Below are positions 25,923 through 32,000 of a stretch of 32,000 nucleotides of DNA, in pieces. Below the pieces are notes generated by a model. The model was not told the DNA's origin and made no database searches. It saw only the letters and a list, made by a program, of their open reading frames with translations. The DNA is from Psychrobacter cryohalolentis K5 (GTDB taxonomy: Bacteria; Pseudomonadota; Gammaproteobacteria; Pseudomonadales; Moraxellaceae). How positions within the stretch are numbered: the stretch's first letter is position 1; each line of letters begins with the position of its first letter. The translations under genes and the position numbers were made by a program. Location: contig NC_007969.1 in NCBI RefSeq assembly GCF_000013905.1, positions 930,001 to 962,000 of the forward strand, given 5' to 3'.

Positions 25923-27293
25923 TTAAATAATAGGACGATTCCACGCATCACGTACGGCAAATCTAGCATCTGACCATTCTAAGCGTGAGTTGCCACGTGA
26001 ATTTAACCAATCTCTCTGCAAGTCTTGCTCTACCAGCTCAAACGTTTGGTCGTTACCATACTGCTTGCGCTGCGCATAACCATAACCATAGGCATTACGA
26101 TAGTCGGTATCGTAATCATATTGCGGATTATAGTAGTCAGTCGTCGCATGCTGAGTACGCCAGTAAGTGTCTTCTTCCATATTGCCTTCAAACGCATTGG
26201 CAACGGCGTTACCAGCTGTTGCACCGACGACTGCACCAACGGCACCGCCTACGACTGAACCTACTGGACCACCTACTGCACCGATAGCTGCGCCTGCTGC
26301 TGCACCGCCGACCATACCTGTACCACTACTAACAGGATTTGCTTCTCGTTGTACTTCATTTTGATCAGTAGGATTAACGGCTTCACCAACTTCTTGGCCA
26401 CCAGCACCACCAGCAACTGCGCCTGCTAAGCCGCCGATTACTGTACCGACTGGACCACCAACTGCCGTACCTACAGCAGCGCCTGCTGCTGCACCGCCCA
26501 GTGCACCAGTACCACTAGCAATAGGATGTGGCTTCTCATGAGCTTCTAAGCTATCGGTAGGATTGACCATCTCGCCTGCTTCATGTCCAACTTTGCTACC
26601 TGCGATTGCTCCAACAGCGCCACCTACTAAGGTGCCAACTGGACCTCCGACTGCTGTGCCTACGGCTGCACCTGCTGCTGCGCCACTAAGCGCGCCAGTA
26701 CCAGTCGCTACTGGGTGCGGCTTATCTTCACCATGATGGATCGGCTCAATAGGCTCTCTATGACCTGCATAATGGACGTACTCTTTTGGCTCATAGTTTT
26801 CACCATTCATACGGGCATGGGTCTTATCCCAACCATCACGTACCATGTCTTTTGCTTGTAGCCAGGTCATGCGTGAGTCGCCTTTTACCTCATACCAGCG
26901 CTGTTCAAGCTCAGCTTCAACTTCTTCAAAGCGTGTAGTATTTGGATAATGCGCACGGGTGGCATAACCTACTGCATAGGCTGGATGATAATCGGTATCA
27001 TAATCATAATCTTCATGATAATAAGGGCGCGTGGTATGAGTTTCTTGCCAGTATTCATATTCTACTGTTGGGTCTAGCATTTCACCGACTGAACTACCTG
27101 CGACACCACCAACGATAGCACCAATAGCACCACCAATCAGCATGCCTAATGGACCACCAATAGCACCAATAGCTGCGCCTGCTGCTGCACCGCCTGTACC
27201 ACCAAGAGCTGTACCTATTGGATGTGAGCCTGGCTCACCTGTAATGGGGTCAGCGTTGTCATTGACTACTACTGTACGATTGATATTATCCAT
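25923..27293 (-). CDS. Glycine-zipper repeat protein with duplicated Tyr/Asp-rich domain (function unknown)
   Basis: The 456-aa ORF has an AAGGA RBS and no signal peptide. It has four copies of a roughly 50-aa unit (HP-I/V-x-S/T-GTGxxGGAAAGAA-I/V-GxxGGPxGxxxGGxxGAxxG...GE-x-x-N/D-PT). It also has two copies of a roughly 80-aa YW...YY...YDYDTDY...AY..GYA.R..Y...F...E..L...W....G.SR..W..A...VRD.W domain. Confidence 0.75.
   Translation of the reverse strand: MDNINRTVVVNDNADPITGEPGSHPIGTALGGTGGAAAGAAIGAIGGPLGMLIGGAIGAIVGGVAGSSVGEMLDPTVEYEYWQETHTTRPYYHEDYDYDTDYHPAYAVGYATRAHYPNTTRFEEVEAELEQRWYEVKGDSRMTWLQAKDMVRDGWDKTHARMNGENYEPKEYVHYAGHREPIEPIHHGEDKPHPVATGTGALSGAAAGAAVGTAVGGPVGTLVGGAVGAIAGSKVGHEAGEMVNPTDSLEAHEKPHPIASGTGALGGAAAGAAVGTAVGGPVGTVIGGLAGAVAGGAGGQEVGEAVNPTDQNEVQREANPVSSGTGMVGGAAAGAAIGAVGGPVGSVVGGAVGAVVGATAGNAVANAFEGNMEEDTYWRTQHATTDYYNPQYDYDTDYRNAYGYGYAQRKQYGNDQTFELVEQDLQRDWLNSRGNSRLEWSDARFAVRDAWNRPII
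26190..26717 (-). repeat. Three consecutive in-frame glycine-zipper coding repeats (a fourth copy lies at 27066-27224)
   Basis: The repeats are visible at DNA level. For example, the 26-nt string ATAGCTGCGCCTGCTGCTGCACCGCC is identical at 26285-26310 and at about 27169-27194, and near-identical cores occur at about 26478-26500 and 26664-26686. Confidence 0.85.
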
Positions 27294-27414
27294 GAGCTAT
27301 TATCCTTTTTACTATTATTGTTAAGTTATGAAGAATGATATAAGTAGCCTGCAATCTAAATGACATTAAAATAAAGGTCATTTTTGACATCCAATCTTAG
27401 CTTGTCCTCTAAAT

Positions 27415-27457
27415 CAGTGATTGTTAGCTAGCTATTGAAGCTTGCTAGCAATCACTG
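27415..27457. repeat. Long imperfect inverted repeat in the upstream region of the glycine-zipper gene
   Basis: The arms are CAGTGATTGTTAGCTAGC (27415-27432) and GCTTGCTAGCAATCACTG (27440-27457). They are complementary at 16 of 18 positions, around a 7-nt loop. No T-run follows on either strand. Confidence 0.8.
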
Positions 27458-27742
27458 TGTAGCTGTTCAAATTTCTAATACTTATTTTAATCCTTCGCAT
27501 TGGCATTACCCTTAAGAAATCTAGTAAGCTTTGCTTGCTAAGTAATATAGCCTAAGGGTGCTGGGCTAGTCTGTAGCACATAGCTGCTACCTGTATAGCA
27601 TCTATGTAAACGATACTTCTATACTGAGCATTATTGTTAACCAATGATTATCAAAGCGCACAAAAGTAAATAGGATGTAAGTCGAGCTTATTAGAATCGT
27701 TATTTCCCAATTACTGATATTATGATAAGGTTTAAGTAAGCA

Positions 27743-27786
27743 CAAAAAAGGCACTATTATTAAGAATAATAGTGCCTTCATTTTTA
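27743..27786 (-). terminator. Rho-independent terminator after the DUF2233-type gene
   Basis: A 14-bp perfect stem pairs AAGGCACTATTATT (27748-27761) with AATAATAGTGCCTT (27766-27779). On the minus strand it is followed by TTTTTT. Confidence 0.75.
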
Positions 27787-27891
27787 TTAATAAATACTTA
27801 ATGTGGCTCAGTGAGTCTAAAAAGATGCAGTTTTAGTAGATATGGTATTACTGATGATGAATTGGTGGAGTGTAAATAACCATACTAGGGT

Positions 27892-28725
27892 CTATTGTGC
27901 TGACTCAACCAGTCCAATCATCACGCCCATCTCTTTTTTGTCATGCTTATCTATCGTGGGTGCGTATAAAGCGGATGCAATACCGCCATCTAAAAATAAA
28001 GCATTTGGACACTTCAATTCGTTTTTAAATAGTGAGGCAAACTGATAAAAGGCCACGGGTGCTTCGCTATTGACAAATTGTAGACTGCCATCGCTACACA
28101 CGCCTATACCGTTGCGAATTTTAGCTGAGGTGCCATCAGGGTCAAACTGCGGATGGATAGCATCATTAATGACCAGCATAGGACCAGATTGGGTAGCATA
28201 CAATGGCTGTGCAATGCCGTTTTTTAGTTGCTCAGCTAAGGCATTACTTTCAGTAATTTGTACCTTGCCAGACTTATCCCACCACAGTACGCCATTGGGT
28301 AAGAGGTGAAAATTGCCGCCGCCTTCTTTCAGGTTTAATGCACGTATCTCTTCAGATTTGATGACAGTATAGCCAATGGGTGCGTAATTTTCATTGTACA
28401 TGCCCGCATTCATGGCAAACTTCAAAGATTGCGATGGGGGCAATGTGCTCAAGAGGTTATCGAAAGTCAGTAGCGGTTGTCGACTGTCAGATTGTTGCCA
28501 AAATAATGCTAATGAATAGCGCTTATTTGTCAACAAATCAGACTGAATATGACAAGTACTATAAGCAAACGGTGTGTTGTGTGATTGACATGACCAATCA
28601 GTAGAAGCAGTGTCCGTCTGATTGCTATCAGTTGGTTGGCAAGCACTTATACTAACAGTCATAAGCGCCATAAGCATCATTGGCAGTACATGAAGAAGTT
28701 TTTTGAAAACAGTGTTTGGCATCAA
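27892..28725 (-). CDS. Phosphodiester glycosidase family (DUF2233/NAGPA-like) lipoprotein
   Basis: It has a signal peptide with a lipobox-like SISAC. The family-like motifs are FAMNAGMYNENYAPIGY, GGGNFHLLPNGVLWW, ATQSGPMLV and ALFLDGGIASALY. The likely real start is the ATG at 28722, one codon inside the track's TTG start. Confidence 0.7.
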   Translation of the reverse strand: MMPNTVFKKLLHVLPMMLMALMTVSISACQPTDSNQTDTASTDWSCQSHNTPFAYSTCHIQSDLLTNKRYSLALFWQQSDSRQPLLTFDNLLSTLPPSQSLKFAMNAGMYNENYAPIGYTVIKSEEIRALNLKEGGGNFHLLPNGVLWWDKSGKVQITESNALAEQLKNGIAQPLYATQSGPMLVINDAIHPQFDPDGTSAKIRNGIGVCSDGSLQFVNSEAPVAFYQFASLFKNELKCPNALFLDGGIASALYAPTIDKHDKKEMGVMIGLVESAQ

Positions 28726-28786
28726 TCATCTATCTTTTATAAGGAAATAAATTGCGTGATTGTCACAGCCAAACACTGTTAAATGG

Positions 28787-30601
28787 TTAAACAGTTGGCG
28801 GTATAAAATCGCGGACGGTATTATTGACATTGCCAATCATTTTACCACCATCAATATTGACGTCTACCTCTCCAACCGTTTTTTCTGTTGGTGCACCGGT
28901 TTCTTTACCGATATCGCGCGAGTCTTTATTATAAGCAATCAGCGCATCATTATTGGCTAAAAAGCTCGACGAATCTGCCATTACCCACATCTGATTAAAG
29001 ACCTCTGACCGCGCATTATGATCAAGTAAGGCACCTTTATCGGTGAAATAAAAGAACTTCGACAATAGCTTAATTTGTCCATCATCCAAACGGCGTGCAA
29101 TGTGATAAGGCTGCAATTGACTTGGGTGCTGTAAGCCGACTGCGCCAACGATGCTGGCAAGCGATTTTAGGGTATTTTTATGATAACTGGCAACGCGTTC
29201 AGCCTTACTTGGTACATCAAGTGCTTTTTGACGATAAGGGTCTTGGGTTGCCACACCTGTCGGGCAGGTATTGGTATGGCAAGAGCGTGATTGGATACAG
29301 CCGACAGCAAACATAAAGCCACGTGCAGAGTTACACCAATCAGCGCCCAATGCCAATAGGCGGGCGATATCAAAACCTGAGACGATTTTGCCACTCACGC
29401 CAAGTTTGATTTGGTTGCGGATACCTGCCCCAACCAAGGTGTTGTGAACGAATAAAAAACCATCGATCAATGGCATGCCGACGCTATCCATAAACTCAAC
29501 AGGTGCAGCACCCGTGCCGCCTTCAGCACCATCAATGACGATAAAATCAGGATAGTTATCGGCTTCTATCATGGCTTTGACAATCGCCATAAACTGCCAA
29601 GGTTGACCAATACAAAGCTTAAAGCCAACTGGCTTGCCTCCTGATAAATCCCGTAGCTGCTGTAAAAACACAACCAATTCGCGAGGCGTACTAAAAGCAG
29701 AGTGCGACGCAGGTGATACGCAGTCTTGACCCATTGGCACTTGACGGGTTTCAGCGATTTCTGGGGTGATTTTTTCTGCTGGCAACACGCCACCCTGACC
29801 GGGCTTAGCACCTTGTGACAGTTTGATTTCAATCATTTTGACTTGCGGGTCAACAGCTTTTTCGGCAAATGACAGTGGGTCAAAGTTGCCATTGTCATCG
29901 CGGCAACCGAAGTAACCTGTACCCAGCTCCCAAATCAAATCACCGCCGAATTTACGATGATAAGGACTGATAGCACCTTCACCACTATCATGAGTGAAGC
30001 CGCCCATTTTTGCGCCTTGATTGAGCGCCATAATGGCATTAGCGGATAAGCTGCCAAAGCTCATCGCTGAGATATTAAACACTGACATATCATGCGGCTG
30101 CTTACACCGCTCACCGCCCACAATGATGCGGAAGTCTTTATTCTTAATAGGCTCACTGACAGCAGATTGCAAAAACCATTCTTTACCATGAGCATATAAA
30201 TTGTCCAAAGTGCCAAAAGCATTGGTATCGCTGACGTTTTTGGCGCGCTGATAGACCAAGGCCCGCTGCTGACGTGAGAACGGCACTTGCTCTTTATCGT
30301 CTTCGAGCAAATACTGGCGAATCTCAGGACGGAAATCCTCTAACACATAGCGGATGTGACCGGCGATAGGATAGTTGCTTAGGATAGAGTGCTTAGATTG
30401 CAATAAGTCATAAATACCTAGCCCAACGGCGAGACCACCGATGATAATGAGTACCCAGTTGACGAGGAGTAATCCTGCTAAAAACAGCAAGATTGCGGCG
30501 CCAAAGGTGCTGTAGCGTAGCAAAACACCGGTTAGGTAAGGGGAGTTGTGTTCAGGCTCAGGGTTCAAATTGGTTCTGGAATCGGGCATAACAAGGCTCA
30601 A
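28787..30601 (-). CDS. FMN-binding glutamate synthase family protein (GltB domain-2-like), membrane anchored
   Basis: It has N-terminal TM helices. It then has IEIKLSQGAKPGQGGVLPAEKIT, VIDGAEGGTGAAPVEF and CIQSRSCHTNTCPTGVATQD, which are characteristic of the family. The start is ambiguous between TTG at 30601 and ATG at 30589, and I saw no clear SD for either. Confidence 0.85.
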   Translation of the reverse strand: MSLVMPDSRTNLNPEPEHNSPYLTGVLLRYSTFGAAILLFLAGLLLVNWVLIIIGGLAVGLGIYDLLQSKHSILSNYPIAGHIRYVLEDFRPEIRQYLLEDDKEQVPFSRQQRALVYQRAKNVSDTNAFGTLDNLYAHGKEWFLQSAVSEPIKNKDFRIIVGGERCKQPHDMSVFNISAMSFGSLSANAIMALNQGAKMGGFTHDSGEGAISPYHRKFGGDLIWELGTGYFGCRDDNGNFDPLSFAEKAVDPQVKMIEIKLSQGAKPGQGGVLPAEKITPEIAETRQVPMGQDCVSPASHSAFSTPRELVVFLQQLRDLSGGKPVGFKLCIGQPWQFMAIVKAMIEADNYPDFIVIDGAEGGTGAAPVEFMDSVGMPLIDGFLFVHNTLVGAGIRNQIKLGVSGKIVSGFDIARLLALGADWCNSARGFMFAVGCIQSRSCHTNTCPTGVATQDPYRQKALDVPSKAERVASYHKNTLKSLASIVGAVGLQHPSQLQPYHIARRLDDGQIKLLSKFFYFTDKGALLDHNARSEVFNQMWVMADSSSFLANNDALIAYNKDSRDIGKETGAPTEKTVGEVDVNIDGGKMIGNVNNTVRDFIPPTV

Positions 30602-30617
30602 CTATAAAAAATAGGAA

Positions 30618-30657
30618 TTAAAAAATGCGGCAGTAAGTTATTTGGTAACTTTGCCGC
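30618..30657 (-). terminator. Intrinsic terminator-like hairpin immediately upstream of the glutamate-synthase-like CDS
   Basis: The minus strand reads GCGGCA-AAGTTA-(CCAAA loop)-TAACTT-(AC bulge)-TGCCGC, followed by ATTTTTTAA. That gives 12 bp in total. The T-run ends about 18 nt before the TTG at 30601. Confidence 0.6.
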
Positions 30658-31305
30658 TATTCATGATTCAATATAGAAAGATTAAATAAGAGGTTTAAAA
30701 TGAGCGAAAGCGCTAAAAGCCAACATGTTAAAAGCAGGCCAAACGCCCTTAGGGGCTCAAATTTGTGGTGTGTATCATACGCCTATAATATCACGGCTCC
30801 ATATCAATTAAGTAACGGCAGACCGATAAAGACCTTGCAATTGCTACTCTCAGGCTTTAATAATTCCAAAAAAAACCCTAAGCTTATGTTTTAATGACTG
30901 TTTGTCGCGTAGCTACGAGTAAGTTACCTATAATCAATGGCAGAAAATATTAAAAATAAAATTGAAACCGACTGTCAGTATCTTGTAGCAAGGTATGAAA
31001 AGTACCTTGTAAGGTGTGACGAGGACGCGGCATGAAGGGTAAAAAAACAATTATTCAACAAGGGCAATTTGCCAGTTATTGGTTTGAATGACAATATTGA
31101 TTTTGCGCAGTTTCATAGCGATGTCATTCGCTTGTTTTTATAAGCTTGCGACCGAGACCATGAGATTCCATTTAATCTCACGGTGGCTATAGCGATCCGC
31201 CTCCGTATCAGTTGCTTCAATCGCCTCAATCAATAGCTTATGGCACATTACTTTTATTATTGGTATTTAAATAAAATTTTAACGTCTCTTACGCTTTAGC
31301 ACAAA

Positions 31306-31334
31306 CTAAGTGCTAAAAAGTGTATAGCACTTAG
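31306..31334 (-). terminator. Hairpin downstream of the IclR gene (possible terminator)
   Basis: A 10-bp perfect stem pairs CTAAGTGCTA with TAGCACTTAG around a 9-nt loop. On the minus strand it is followed by TTTGTGC, which is a weak T-run. An overlapping alternative hairpin pairs TTTAGCAC with GTGCTAAA. Confidence 0.35.
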
Positions 31335-31416
31335 ACCAAATCACTTTGTGATTGCATCGAAAGGCTTTAGTATCATTGGTAAACTAAGTTAAAACTTACC
31401 TAGCAACTCAATTAGT

Positions 31417-32000
31417 TTAAACCCCGCTGCCAATCCTTTCAGCCAACGCTTGCAACTTAGGTACTATCATCGCCGCATAGTCTTCGCTTTCCCAATTGGC
31501 ACTTGGGACACTGGCATTGAGTGAATACGCATATTGCCCAGTCGCAACATCAAAGACACCAACGGCCACTGCTAATATGTCCGTAGAGAACTCACCATCC
31601 GATACGGTATAACCATGCATTCTATAATGTTCTGCGGCGTCAGATAAAGCAGCCTGCGCATGGTTATAATCTTCTGCTGATAGCTGCTCTTGTAAATTAC
31701 TACGAATAACAGCCTGTCGTATTTGCGAACTAGCCGCATAAAAAGCACGTCCAATAGCGGTTCGGGCGACGGGAACGGCTGAGCCAACTTGCAAATTGAC
31801 CGATAGGCGGGCAGGGCTACGACAACAAGCGTGATAGCGCATCTCCCCTTCGACTTCGGTTGCTAAATTCACCGACACCTCGTTTTGACTGGCAAACTGC
31901 CGCAATAACGGTTCAGCTGCTGCCACTAAATCATGACGACTCCACGCTGTTGCACTTAATCGCACCGCACTACTACCCAATTGATACTGTCCATGTAGCG
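31417..32000 (-). CDS. IclR family transcriptional regulator (C-terminal effector domain; the N-terminus lies beyond the window)
   Basis: It has an IclR-type ligand-binding domain pattern (LNLATEVEGEMRYHACCRSPARLSVNLQVGSAVPVARTAIGRAFYA, AVAVGVFD). The frame stays open from 31980 to the window end (..LHGQYQLGSSAV..), so the track's start is an artefact. Confidence 0.7.
   Translation of the reverse strand, partial: LHGQYQLGSSAVRLSATAWSRHDLVAAAEPLLRQFASQNEVSVNLATEVEGEMRYHACCRSPARLSVNLQVGSAVPVARTAIGRAFYAASSQIRQAVIRSNLQEQLSAEDYNHAQAALSDAAEHYRMHGYTVSDGEFSTDILAVAVGVFDVATGQYAYSLNASVPSANWESEDYAAMIVPKLQALAERIGSGV

Noticed and set aside
25985-27324. Several plus-strand ORFs overlap here: 25985-26287, 26025-26258, 26167-26364 and 27142-27324. 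A minus-strand out-of-frame ORF (26030-26245) also lies over the glycine-zipper gene.
   Set aside because: The reverse complement of GGN/GCN-rich codons is stop-poor and yields Pro/Ala-rich pseudo-proteins. The minus-strand 456-aa frame has the RBS, the repeat logic and the flanking terminators.
1-32000. I searched the whole window for mobile elements, prophage remnants, toxin-antitoxin pairs, restriction-modification or other defence cassettes, CRISPR arrays and tRNA/rRNA genes.
   Set aside because: I recognised no transposase, integrase, recombinase, Cas, methyltransferase or toxin-fold motif in any ORF. I saw no terminal inverted repeats or tRNA-like sequences. Composition looks uniform apart from the Gly/Ala-codon-rich gene at 25923-27293.

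Overview
This is a 32-kb chromosomal segment from an AT-rich gammaproteobacterium. Gene content and protein style suggest Moraxellaceae, possibly Psychrobacter-like; that is inference only, with no search run. All calls come from reading motifs by eye in the supplied ORF translations and the DNA.

I support about 24 CDSs, mostly housekeeping:
- comEC (its 5' end runs off the window), sppA, two alpha/beta hydrolases and a CPBP intramembrane protease
- dusA, an MFS transporter and a two-HKD phospholipase-D lipoprotein
- metZ, ybaB-recR and rnd
- the glycine-cleavage genes gcvT-gcvH-(nitroreductase)-gcvP, sitting behind a tandem glycine riboswitch
- ycgL and a small membrane protein
- a MoxR-type AAA+ ATPase paired with a CoxE-like VWA protein
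- a highly repetitive glycine-zipper protein
- an FMN glutamate-synthase-like protein followed by a DUF2233-type lipoprotein
- a partial IclR regulator at the right edge

I saw no rRNA, tRNA, CRISPR, transposase, integrase or phage genes, so this looks like core genome rather than an accessory island.

The observations most worth a second look are:
1. The 456-aa modular glycine-zipper / Tyr-Asp-rich repeat protein (25923-27293) and its long structured upstream region.
2. The 815-bp ORF-poor region (30602-31416), which ends in an intrinsic terminator only about 18 nt before the glutamate-synthase-like CDS. This could be a leader/attenuator or an sRNA.
3. The glycine riboswitch, with its unusually long inter-aptamer linker, driving a gcv operon that is interrupted by a nitroreductase gene and by alternative hairpins.
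4. The orphan CoxD/CoxE-like MoxR-VWA pair, which has no cox structural genes nearby.

I cannot demonstrate that any of these is a new system from sequence alone.
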